Part shown: one piece after another, positions 27,301 to 40,042 of the stretch
Layout: every line of letters begins with the position of its first letter
Position numbering within the stretch: position 1 is the first letter of the stretch
Assembly (NCBI RefSeq): GCF_964204645.1
Contig: NC_134025.1
Coordinates: 4,278,001-4,342,000 of the forward strand
From: Tubulanus polymorphus
Lineage: Eukaryota; Animalia; Nemertea
Direction: 5' to 3'
Length of the DNA: 64,000 nucleotides
Translations under genes and position numbers: made by a program
Notes under the pieces: model-generated
Database searches by the model: none
What the model was told of the DNA's origin: nothing
The model's input: the letters and a program-made list of their open reading frames with translations, nothing else

Positions 27301-30300
27301 GATATTTGTTCAGATATCGACGAACGCAGTGATTTTTCATTTTCCTGAGATTTCTGATTGGACATAGCATCTCCATTTACCATTTTAATAGTCGGAGAAT
27401 TCGGCGCACTATTCGGCTAGAAACAAAATCATAAATCAGCGACAAAAGCCTTAACAATACTGGTTAACATATGTAAACAATGGAATGTACATTACCTTAC
27501 GGATTGGGGATGGAATTTTTGAATACAATGAATCGGAATTGCTTTTTCGTGGTGACTTCAGCTCCGAAAGGTCATGTGATACGACACTTTTACACAATAT
27601 GAACAGCCGTTTATACATAGCAACAAATTCATCAAAATCAATGCCTACAATAAATCAATAATGTAATTTCATACACACACACACACACACGTTTTTTGTC
27701 TTTTATATGATATAAAAAGAAAGCTTACCATTACTGAAATCTCGATCAGAGGCTCTGAACTCATCGTTTACATATCGTTCCAACATGTTTCTGTAGAATG
27801 ATAAAATAAGAGATAAAGTAAGATAATTCAGACAGATGATGTTTATCTGATATCGATGTTGATGAGTTTTTACCTGTGGAAATTTGGAAACATGTCTACG
27901 AACAGATTTCTGAGTTCATCTTTATCAATAACACCATTCTGATCCTATAAGTAAATCCGAGATCAAAATGAATATGTAAGAATATGAACAAAGCTTAGTT
28001 GAAGGTGTGATTTTCATTACCTTATCATATTCCTTGAACTTCTCTTTTGCATCATCAATTTGTACCTGAGATAAATCCTGTAAAAATGTGGAAAATATGT
28101 TGAACGCATGTTAAATTTAGTTATTACCACAAATGGTCGAGTAACTTCACTAATAAGTTAATAGTAACATTTTGTGTAAATACATCATGAACTAAACACG
28201 CATTGAACGAACGTCACAAAACAGATATTGACATACAGTAACATGAAGCAAGCTAAACACCATCTATAGATATTAATCAAGAATTCTATATGTAACATAT
28301 AGACATGTATTCCCACTAATGCAAATGCGAAGGTTTTGATTGTGATAAGGATTCAAATCATTCAAGGGTGTAAAGAATCTAATAATCATAACTGCAAAAT
28401 ATGATAAAACTGTGTATTTCCCACAAAATGGATTTATAGTTCTAAATTTGTTTAGTTTTTGGCTAAGCCTAAGGAATCAGTCATACGGTATATCACATGT
28501 GTTTTTGTAATTAAAGTGCTTAAAAAAATAATCCCTCCAAAAAGCAGTGACTGGGATAGGCGTGACTCGGACATGCAGATTGTACAATGAACGTCTATAA
28601 CCATGCTAACATATATACCTTCGGGATTTTTATGAACTGTGACGTATCCTGCAGAAAGTAAGATGATTGTTAGTGAAAAAGATGAAAATATTCAGATCGT
28701 ATCAGACAACATGCACATGAAGATTCTCCAAGTCATAGAGATATGTGCAGAAAATGTAAGTGAAGACAAATATTATTTGCAGATGCAATGAAAACACTTG
28801 TTTCTAAAGTGGATTTTTTTTTGTGATTTTGAAAGTGCAATTATATGAACGCAAAGTGGATTTTCCAATTTGAATTTGCCTCCATTTCAAACAAACCTTA
28901 GTTATATAATTCTACAACAAAAGATACATTACGTTTAATGTAAACTAAAACAGGAAAGCTTTAAGAATTTAATAAGTCAATTTACTGGTTCGGGGAAGGT
29001 CAGGTTGATTTCAGTGTGTCACAATAAGAGTTTAAGATAGAAAGAATCGATAGATACAACAAAAAACCAACCTCATCCTCATCATTATCCTGTTTGCAGA
29101 TCAGAATATATGCAATTGTGGAGGTTTTTTTTAATGATAAGATCATTTTACTCAACAATTCAAACTTAGGATATAATAATTGTGTTATAAATATACATAC
29201 CTCTGTGGTAGAATTCAATTTACCACGACTGACTTGTTCACTTGTAGAACGTTTCACAAACTCAGCTAGAAGTGGTGCACTGGCCGGTCCATCTGGCTCA
29301 ATGATATTCAACTCCCTCGCCAATTCATGCCGGCCTTCATTTAACTCTCGCTGAAAATGACAATTTAAGGTAAGATTCAAGAAGGAATCGGATAGTCAAA
29401 ACACCTGAAAAATATCTGAATAAAATGCTTACAAATCCAGATTCCGGATCGAAGACGGCAAGAGTAAATTCGAGCCCAAAATACTCCAGAAATTCTCTCA
29501 CCAAACCAGCAACTACACAACCTGATAAAAGAGCCAGTTTTTCAGTTTATCTCATGGTTACAATCAAAATGATAATGTCCACGACTGTAGAATGTTACCT
29601 TCTTTTGTAGAAAGGAATTTCTGAAGTTTTTGATTCACGAAAGGTTTTTTATTCTGAAAAAAAAAGAAGCATCATATTAGAGTAAAGTATTCACAATGTA
29701 AATGTGCAAGACAAATCTTATATTAGTTTTACTTAGCCTACCTGTATATGCTCTTGTTCCTCCAATGCAAGAAAAACACTAGCTCTAAGTTGAGCCTACA
29801 ACAAAATCGGTACGGTTAATTGTAAATTGAACTACCGATCTGCCAAACAATTCTCAATCATTTACTTATGCTGACATCCTTTTCATAAAAAATAGAAAAT
29901 TTGGCCTCGTTGAACTTGTAAACAAATAAACTGTCACATCAGGCCTATCAGAACTTATGACTTTCTGCTGACAGATTCTAAGAGCCACTAAATTATTTTA
30001 CAATCAATGTCAGAATTAAGAATAAGTGAAAGGCAAACTCAATCAAAACAGGCTTCAACTCAAAGTATGTCAAGGCACCAATAATGAAAGGAATATCAAC
30101 TTCATTGACAATTCGTTCAATATAGTTTATGTCCCCCTGCACACATAACTCCTAGAATTAAATAGGTCCAGTTATTATTATCGAATGAAAAGAAAGCAAT
30201 CCAATGTATTAATATCAAATATATTTTGAATGCCGCCCAACAAATTTTAGGAGGGAGTTAGCGATAATAAATTTAGATCATGCTGACAGACATAGTAGGC

Positions 30301-30676
30301 CTATTCAACTTATTATTATGCGATTACACGGTCAGTGGCATTAATTATAGGAAGATGATGCTGTTAAGAAGAGTAGGTTTAGCTGACAAAAACACATTTA
30401 ACCCAGTTGAAACAAATGATAGCAATAAAATTAATTGACAAATGACAGTGCGTGAACTAGCTCTGGCAAGCGTGTGTAAACGGTAATTTCTTCAATTCTA
30501 CGTTTGAATCAGCATCTTTTAAACATTTCTCGACTAAGAGGAAAATAATACATTAATCGAAACAATTTGTTGTATTCATAGAAAGTAATTCTTACCCTTA
30601 TCTTGCCTAAAACACCGTTATTTTCCAAACTTTGTGCCACTAAATCGCGAAGCTCCGTATCTTCTTCGGCCGCCAT
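24363..30676 (-). CDS. CEP43: Centrosomal protein CEP43/FGFR1OP (FOP/TONNEAU1 family) with an internal EF-hand pair
   Basis: MAAEEDTELRDLVAQSLENNGVLGKIRAQLRASVFLALEEQ; LisH-type LVREFLEYFGLEFTLAVFDPE; PLLAE; C-terminal SIAEEIDEE..DDLTTDKSIS..DYMEDV. Confidence 0.93.
24504..24888. mobile_element. Degenerate MITE with (C)AGGGTGGCCAC-type termini carrying a nested MITE; a related fragment lies at ~22085-22296
   Basis: 5' agggtggccac, 3' gcggcaacctg, internal ttccctga(g/t)ttttcc subterminal repeats shared with the 22.1-22.3 kb copy that ends gtggccaccc. Confidence 0.55.
24663..24793. mobile_element. Nested MITE (Harbinger-like)
   Basis: TIR gggcccagtttcacgaaaaagtt / aacttttttgtgaaactgagccc. Confidence 0.8.
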
Positions 30677-30689
30677 TTTGGCTTGTGTT

Positions 30690-30910
30690 CGTTGAGTAAT
30701 TCGCGCGACGAGGAAACACGTTGACCACTTTAATATCTCACTTTGTCAGAAAAATAATATTTTAAACCTTAACATAAAAAAAAACTTCAGATCAAGCCAG
30801 GCTATACACAGGAATGTTCATTTTTAAGTTTTTATTTGGTTAGAGACCTCAGTGGTTGACGTCATTTTCACTCGGTAATTATTGTGATCGCTGAGCCATC
30901 GATATTTTGT
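30690..30910. promoter_or_regulatory. Probable bidirectional promoter for CEP43 and RCAN
   Basis: Head-to-head start codons 656 bp apart; CpG cluster tcgcgcga and a full CRE palindrome TGACGTCA at ~30857. Confidence 0.5.
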
Positions 30911-31331
30911 CGATTGTCAATGTGATTTTTTATGTGCTCTCTAATGTCATTGTGTCTTGTAATGAGGAAATAAACGAGCTTCTAGTCATAATAATTGGTA
31001 AGAGTATTTGATATTTTATCAATCCTTATGTTTGTGCAGACTGTTTTGTATTGCTGAAATGTTTAAAATCAGTTTGATTCCGTGTGAAATCCATATTCAA
31101 TACAATACAAATACACATTTATTTAGTAAATGTAGTCTTTATTTTGTTGCCAAATAAATACTATGATATTAACATTCTATGTTTATGTATGGTAGGTGAA
31201 TTTTGCCACTTTTTTGTTTAGTTAAGGCTAATTGTTCTGATTTGTTTTAGATTTAAGTAATTTCGGGCTGGTTAAAATTAGTGGTTAACTGGATAATTGG
31301 TGAATTGGATTACTCCATGTGACACAATAAA

Positions 31332-33454
31332 ATGGCGAATGACATCAACAACATGACTTCATTAGTCAATAATGTCTCTATTGATGATGGTGATGATGAA
31401 GAAATCCAACAAACAGCTGAGGATTTACCAAGCATTCTTATCGTTACTAATGTGCCTGATGCTGTATTTGAATATGAAGAAGCGAAGGTAAAAACTATTC
31501 AGATCATTTGATTTACTTGCGGTGACGAGATACCTGGAACCAGTTTAATGCTTGCTTAGTTTAGATTAGAATCTCAGCAACAGATTAATGGAAATTAACA
31601 AATATCTACTCTAAAAATTTTATAAGACCACTAGTTAACTCCATTGATCTACACCGGGAGTGTTCCCTATATTTTATATCGATTGAATATTGTGAACTTA
31701 CTCCAATAAGAAACACCGAGAAAAAGATAATACTCCTTATTAAGCTCTGGAAATAGGCCCTATATGGAAGGTTTGGAATTCGAATTTAACCAATGAATTT
31801 TATGTTTAGTTTCATCCAACTGTTTCTGTATATAGTAGTGTAGGCACATGCACCGGGTCAGGCTATTTTGAATTAACTATCATTATCGATGAAACTTGTC
31901 AAACATCAATCACATTCAAACTTAAACACGTGTGAAATGTAATACCACCTCAGAGAGTCAAACAATACACTGTATCGTATATCATTGATCAATGAACCAT
32001 CGATTAGTCTTAATAGTTCTTGTCACTGATTCAAGACCATTCCAACTGTCATTCAATTCATACATGCTGATTCTGATTGATTTGTATAGTGCACGTCCTA
32101 CATCGAATTGGTGGACATAAAATGTTGATGATTTTGTTTTCTGTTATAATTGTAGGGGTCGATCCAAAATTCATTCAATTTGCGATAAAGGAAATCTTTT
32201 TTCATTTTGAAATAAGAGAGAAAATAGTGAAAACTTGATGAAATTGATTCAGTTTTGAAGATAACATCATACATAATTTCATAGCATATTATTGCACTCT
32301 GGTTTTTGAATGAGTTCTCTACAAGTAACAAATTGAGTTTTCTTGTTTGATTTATATTGCATTGAGATCGATTGTGGCAATATAGGATATTGAAATGTAC
32401 CTAGTTAATGTAAAACTAGCTGATAGTTAACTGTCACAGCTTTGCTTTATAGATACAGTATTTATATTAGGTATTCCATTATTCATTCATGTATTCTGTG
32501 TTTTAGGAAGAATTTGAGAAATTGTTCATTGTTTACGACGATTCAGCCTCCATCCAGTATTTGAAAAGTTTCAGACGAGCACGCGTTCAATGTAGTTCTT
32601 CCATCCACGCTGTCAGAGCAAGAATAGAACTTCATGAAAGAGATTTCAAAGATAAAAAGATTAAAATATATTTTGCTCAGGTGAGATTTCTACGAAATAG
32701 CATTTTGACCCAGGGTAGCCTTAACATTGAAAGGCGATGACCATATTACCGGGAATATTACCGGGAATATTACCTTATGTTATATTAGTATAGCATCAAA
32801 TTATGGACGTACTTCGAGCATTACGATCAGAGTAAAAACTAATTTGCCGTATATTGCCTGCAGGAAATATTGTCATGCATGCTTATCATCATGCCTCGTA
32901 GATAAGACTATCATCTAATGGCTGCCAATTAGACACATCTTCTACAGCACATCCATCCCCAGTTGTCAAAGAGTCTCTTTACTTGTCGAACTAAAATCTA
33001 TTCATAACCAGCTGAAATGCTCTCGGGTGCGTTCATTATATGAAAGTCTTCGATTCTTTTTACTTTCAGACAACTAAATCATCATTGATACAGAGCTCTG
33101 GTCGTCATCTTCAACCACCTGAACCAGACAAACAGTTTCTTATTTCACCTCCAGCCTCACCACCAGTCGGTTGGGAACCAATCCCCGAAGCATCACCTCG
33201 TATCAATTATGATCTCCTCAGTGCAATTGCTAAATTAGCTCCAGGTTTGTACGCATTGAATGTTGCGCATTTGGCAAGTGTGAAATATAAATGTCAAAAA
33301 CTTAATGAATTTCTTTATAGGTGAATCGCATGAATTACATCCACCTTCCCCTAGCCAGCCTGGCATTGTGGTGCATATTTGTGAAGACCCAGAAGGATTT
33401 AACGGTAAAGAAAAAATGCCCATTGAACAAACAAGGCGCCCGAATAAAACGTAG
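31332..33454 (+). CDS. RCAN: Calcipressin / regulator of calcineurin, 4 coding exons
   Basis: RRM-like YLKSFRRARV, signature KQFLISPPASPPVGW, YDLLSAIAKL, PxIxIT-like PGIVVHICE, terminal QTRRP; exons ~31332-31487, 32507-32680, 33070-33244, 33321-33454. Confidence 0.96.
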
Positions 33455-36051
33455 TAACCATGCAAAGAAGGAATTGGTAATAGTGATTTTAGGACTGCTC
33501 ATTGTTCGGCAGATAAATGAAGGAATGTCCAAACTCGTTGCGCACATTTTTTAGTGTTCCAGTTTCATGGATCAGTTTTAAGTGTACAATAGAGATATAT
33601 ATTGATGAGGGTGATGTCAGTAGGGGCCGAGTGCTGCTGTAGAGAGGCAATGCGCTAATTATAGCTAATTCAATGATCAATTAACTTGGCACGTAGGCGT
33701 CATAAAGCTATCGCTTATTCATCTGCTTTTGAATAATGAAAATTGGCATTCAATTTCCTCTGGCGCGCTTGCTATATCAGGACAGAAGTTAAAGGTATGA
33801 TATTTGCCCGGTATTTCTATGATTGTGAATTGACGAAGGCATGCATTTTGCAATGATTTGATTTAAGGCATTGAAAAAATGTTTAGATTGATTGGAAACC
33901 CTTGATACATACCGTATTTAAAACCTCATCATCTATTTGTTGCAGGTAGATATGAAAATTTAGTACTTTTATTAGAAATTTGACAATTCTTGTCGTATAA
34001 GAAATTCATTATATATGTATCTGTCGAAGGAATGTTCTCAGTCTCATTTCATGTCTATTTATTAGTTATGAGTATTGAATTAACTGGTCAGTTTTATTGT
34101 ATATTTATTACCTAGTGAAAATTAAATATATGGCGTGTGTTTGTTATATTTGTGTTGCTGTGATAGTGTGAATCAATTCTGTCTGGTGCTATATTTTTTT
34201 TTTTCATATGCATTTTATTTGTTGGAGATATTAATTTTGTGGTGGATTTTCTGTTGCTGCATTTTCATTGTATCGAAGACCGAAAGAAAATGTATGAAAT
34301 CAACAGAACAAGGTGTTACCCAAAAAATTGAATTGAGTGGAAACATTTAAGATACGAGATACGACATTGGTCAATTATTCAAATTCTTGAGTTCGTATAT
34401 GTATTGCTGGATAATTAGCTGAACCATGGACGTCTCTAGTTTATACGTCCATGGCTGAACACACTGAAGATGCGCCTTCATTTACATTTTGATCTCCATG
34501 AAATGTGATATTGTTTATAGAAAGGTTTTTCGTTTGTCTACCAGTAAATGTTAGTTTGTGTGAAATAACATGTACGGATAAATTGATGGAGTTAATACGT
34601 GTATATCTATTTAATGTTGAATTAAATGTTAGCTTAAGAACAATTAGTATTTATTGTTTTACCAAGATGGATCTTGACCTTCAATAGTAAATGTACTATG
34701 GTTATCTCGATGTTTTTATTAAATGGAAATCTTATCGGTACGTGAATAGATTTCTAAGTACACTAAATCCTTGGGTTTTATACAGTAAACTACGGATGTT
34801 GTTTCTTTTGGGACTTTGTTAGATATGCTTTAATCATATTTTTATGAAACAATTTTGATTTGGGTGATGGCTGTATTTAGATCATCCAATCACATTACCG
34901 GATGTATTTGTCCGATGGTCTCCAATAATTTGTTAGATTATAGGTCTGCATGAAAAATTCGGCCATCTTTAGCCAAGACCCTCGGTATCTTTATCTTCCA
35001 TACAGATCACTACTCGCTTTGTTTTATAACCTTTAGATATTTTGGTGTTTTAGTAGATATTATTGATTAGGTAGTCTTGTATTGAATTGTGTTAAATTCA
35101 AGTACATTCCAATCATAAGTTGGTTCGCTGATATTGAATCAGTGTTTTAATATTATTATACGTCTCGCAAGTAAATTTATTGAAATCTATAGGAATTAAT
35201 CACTAACAGTTTGTTGATCCGAACACATCCGTGGTGCTTAAAAAAATATTAGCCTTTAGATAATTATTAACAATGGGAAGTGATCACAAGTTTTATGATT
35301 GTTAACTTGGTGCATGGATTTTGCATACTTATGTATCATTAACGTAATACTTCAGAAGCCTATTATTTTTCAAGGTCATTTTGAACAAAATTACCCCGGT
35401 ATCAATTCTCTGGAGTAATGCACTACATGGATTGTAAATAATATACATGTACGCAACTGGGCATATCCGATGCTACCTGCAGTATTAAAGTTACCTGTGA
35501 AATATACAGATTAGATTTTTGTTGTCATCGTATCCGCTTTGATATTTGCTGTACAACCCACATTTGACACTTGATGTAAATATAGATTAATATTATTATT
35601 TAAATACTCTTCGCAGATTTAATTAATTGGTAATTCCATGCTATTGTATCATCCTTGTGTTCCTTTCTCGTCAGGTTTTCTCTGTATAGTTTTTATCCTC
35701 GAGTGACTCCTCAGTATTTGGTTTGAGCTACTCATTCGATTTAATAGAAAGTCAAATTTCGTTCATGGAAAATTTATTGTCTTTAAACAGTGAAATCAGA
35801 ATACAGACCACGAGTTACAGATACCAGTAGGAAAGTTTAAATGATCAATTCACCCATTTGTCTATGAACTAAATGGCAAATGTACCAAGCTTTACTGGTA
35901 ACATTGACAATTTGGAAGATATTAATAACTTATGTTAACTAATTATTCAACCGGCATAGAGTAATAATAATGGTATTGGCCATTAATACAATAAGGAGAT
36001 TTGTACAGCATAATGCATTTGTAAAAATATATTTCTGGTATAAAAAGATCA

Positions 36052-38742
36052 TCACACTATTCTCTCTCCTGTTCCAAAAATCATAAATGTTAAGAACCCC
36101 AGTGTTGTAACTGCTGATGTCATATTAAACACAGCACTCCAACTTTTTGTCGCTTCTAAAATATTTCCAGCTATATAAACTCCTACAAACCCTGGAATAG
36201 CGCCAGCAGTATTCATAACTCCTGTAATGTCAATACAATATATTTTAAAGGTTGCTCTAAAGTGATTGTAATTGTAATCGTAAAGACCAAAATATGATGA
36301 AACTTACCAAAAACGGAGCCCGCATGATCCGGTGCTATATCTTGCGGATTCACTAGAATACCAGCATGATGGAATGCAATGCATCCAATTGCTACAGCCA
36401 TACAGCATACAGATACTAGGTAATTATCAGACCACGATATTAGCACCAATGATAATGCACTTCCCAATAATGCTATACACTGCAAATAGTTATAATTTTA
36501 TTGGTAACGACTGTTCATTAAATATGCACTTTCAAGATTACTATAACCGTTAATGTTAAATTCTCACCTCCATTAATTTTCTAACCCGACCAACCGAATA
36601 GCCTAGAAAATCATAAAGAAAACATTTACAAGTAAACAACCTGAGCAGCACATGTTTTTCAGTTCCACTGTGCGAAGTTGGTATGAAAACTCACCTTTAG
36701 CGATTAACTTATCGGCTATTAATCCACTACTTATCGAACATGGTATACTGACTAACCAGGGAACAACATTGAACACCCAACCCTACAAAAAACAATCAAT
36801 TCGTAGAACTTTGAGTGAAGTACATGCAACGCGTTCTCAGATAAGCGTCAAACCAACCTTTGCTTCTGGGAATGTATCATGAAAATATGTTGGGAGCCAT
36901 GATAAAAGGATAAAGAAGCAATTAGTTTCACACATATGGCCAATGACTATAGACCTGAAATGAAAATAATCTACATTATACGTAATTAAAATGCTTAATC
37001 TTGAACAAAATTCGACAATGAATACCACCACTCACCAAAAGGCAGGACTAGATAATAGTTTACACCAAGGCAGAGCCGGCTTCTGTCTGATATTTACATC
37101 ATTAGTATCATTTTCACGTAGGAGTTTCTGTCGAGGTAACATCGTGGTTTTCATAAAGATAACCCACATTATACCGAAAATTCCTTAAAATATGAAAATA
37201 TCACTTCAATTCACTATCATTACATCTACGAGAATAGATTGGGATTTCAATCAAATTTGAGATGACTAACCTATAAAATAAAACATGATTCTCCAACCAT
37301 AGTATTCCAAAAGTAAAGATCCTATACTCCCAGACAATAATGTCCTAGAATTAGAATAAAAACATTTATTTTCTTGGGTGATATCAACAACAGAGATAAG
37401 GCATTAGACTTTTTTTTATTATGTTTCGCAAATGATATTCACCCCATATTTGAACCAGTGCTGGTAAAACTGTAAGATGACGATCTTTCACTAGGTTGAA
37501 CTCTCTTCGTAAGTAAACTAGTTAAACTCGGATAGTGAACACCTGTGATTTAACAGAGAAATATTTTACAGCAAACAATCGCACACAATCAATAACAAAA
37601 TTAACTTCATACACAGCTGTTACAATAGGGAACTACGTTATAAATGGTTGTATTTAACTTTATTTGAAATGGATCACATCTGTTTCCACTGGGACCCTGA
37701 ATATCATTTGAATAAACCCATGATTAAACAGGGAACTGCTTATTGCTGTTTGGAAGGAATTAGATAATTTCTGACTTCAAAATTCAAATCTTGATAATGG
37801 ATTATATGTGTAGCCCTACCTTGACAAGCACCAATGATGACTCTAGATAATGCAAAAATGTACATGACGTAAGTGGGATTTTGGACTAGATAAGGGACAT
37901 ATGGAGTGAGGAAGGTGGCACCGGCCCAACCAGCAGCACAGAATGCCATCACGATATCACCTCCAATTCGATCGCTCAACCATCCTCCAAGTAACTGGGT
38001 CATAGTATAACCCCAGAAAAATGCAGATAAAACGAAGCCCTGAAAGGAATAAATATTTTGTAGATGTACTTGACATCGATGGAATAAATTATATATCTAA
38101 TACCTATATAAGTTTTAGTTTAGATGTAACAGGAAGAAATATCTGTCCTTCCCGAGATTCGAACTGTTGATGCCTGGCGTCCAAGGCAGACGCTCTACCG
38201 CTGAGCCAAAGAGAATATTCCCGCTAGCTGAGCTAGTAGGAACGCTGTTATACATTCTGTCACATAGAGACACTTACACTTTGTATTTTATCCCATTTCA
38301 TTTCTTCGGCTATCGACACAATACAAAGAGGCATAGTTGTTCTGGCTGCATAAACTGCTGTACATCCAACAAACAAAACACCTAACCATAGTCGCCTTTC
38401 TTGTCTGCAAATAGGAGAAAAAATATCAGATACAGCACATACCAGAATCTAATGTCAGTTTAGGTTGAAGCTAAAACTAACCTGTTCCATGTCGATGCTC
38501 GTGAAGTACTGCGCGTTAATGGCTTCTTACCAAGATCTACTTCAGCAAGCATTCTCTCATCTGTTTCAATAGCACTTTCTACCGAGTGAGAGTTGCCATT
38601 TCTGAAAATTTAGAGATAAAAAATGTTTAAAATGAAAAGACCAACATCCTCCTAAATAAAACCATTCCAACCCACTACACTTTCTAAAAAATATAACATC
38701 AAACCTGAATCTTCTTTTCATCTCTTTTGAAGCCGGATCCAT
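36052..38742 (-). CDS. SLC17A9: Vesicular nucleotide transporter (MFS anion:cation symporter)
   Basis: YAARTTMPLC, VLSAFFWGYTMTQLLGGWLSDRIGG, ILLSWLPTYFHDTFP, FHHAGILVNPQDIAPDHAGSVFGVMNTAGAIPGFVGVYIAG; start codon inferred. Confidence 0.92.
38125..38264 (-). mobile_element. 140-bp tRNA-containing solo LTR (Helenus-like TRIM) in an SLC17A9 intron
   Basis: TG...CA termini with a short imperfect TIR (TGTAACAGGA / TTCTGTCACA), perfect 4-bp TSD TAGA (38121-38124, 38265-38268), and a minus-strand tRNA-like core with A box TGGCTCAGCGG and B box GTTCGAATC. Confidence 0.8.
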
Positions 38743-40042
38743 TTTGACACACCAATGTCAACCCAGCCCAAATGATAGCAGACCAAGTAGTAAATGAATT
38801 CAAATGCAATATCTCTACGAGGCATTTCAATTTCAAAGGTCTAATCACACGTGTAAATAATATCCATTGATATATTTCTGATGGTACATAAATAATACAA
38901 TAATGTATAGGGGTAGACTGGTAACATTACAGTCACAATTAAACAGATGGTAGGTTTTATTTACCAGTCAACAAAAGAACGCCCAGCCAGTTTTAACATA
39001 AAAAATTTACAAAATGAAATGCCACACATTTCCACATCAGGCCTTTAGAATTAGGCCTATCAGATAATAAACACTTTCAGTGATGTAAGCCAGCAAGCCA
39101 GCACAGGCCCCCTCGCCTGCCGGCCTCCTGCTGTGTCGTGCTGATTGATGATGTGGTGGACTGCGTGCACTGACTGTCACTGTCATGTCAGTCACTTACT
39201 GTCAACACACTGTTTACCTCTTCCCCCTGTTTTGTCTTCTCATTTCTTATGACCTAGGTTGTAAGCTCTAGTTTAAAAATAACACATTCTCCCATCGAAA
39301 GTTCGGATCGATACTTACTGCTTGCCCTAGACAGCTGCCAACTTGCCTACACTTCAAACAAATTTCACAAAAATTTGTTCTCCACGATAATCGACGACGA
39401 CACCGCCTATGCAACACTCAGACTCATGGACCGGACTTGGGTTCAATTACAATTCAATTAAAGTTTATTTATAAGAAACAATTTATCTTACGATGATTTA
39501 TTGGAATTTACAAAAGTTTGTTAATGATAGTACTTTCAGACGATTTGTTTTTAAAATCAGCGGTCACAGGACTAAATCCATTTGATATCAACAGTAGAGT
39601 TCATGCATATATGAAAAACCCACAAATGACGGGCAAAGAAGATTTAATTGTGACGTTTTTTTATATTACCCGACTCACCACTACACTATATACAAGTAGT
39701 CTTTCAATCGGTGGCGCGATATGTCGGACTCTCAGTTGGGTCGGTGCGCTCCTCCGGCCCGCGGGTGACGCATAATTGGCCGAACACCTGAGGCCCCGCT
39801 GCGATAAGGTAAACCCGAACTTGATGTTACTCATTACCAACAATACCCTAGTCATCGAGGATCCCAGCCTATAGTCACAGAGACTCACAATTGAAAGTGA
39901 ATGAATCAAACCAGTAATTAGCAAACCCGTAATCAAAAATGTGTTTTTTTTTATTATGCAGTTGCAGGGATACAAGTACCCCGATAATTCCAGACATTCT
40001 CAATCGTGACAAGTCTCTGCACCAATAGCTACAGCCCGAATT

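Noticed and set aside
38145-38215. Functional tRNA gene
   Set aside because: Anticodon and T stems pair poorly, and the sequence is embedded in a TSD-flanked element.
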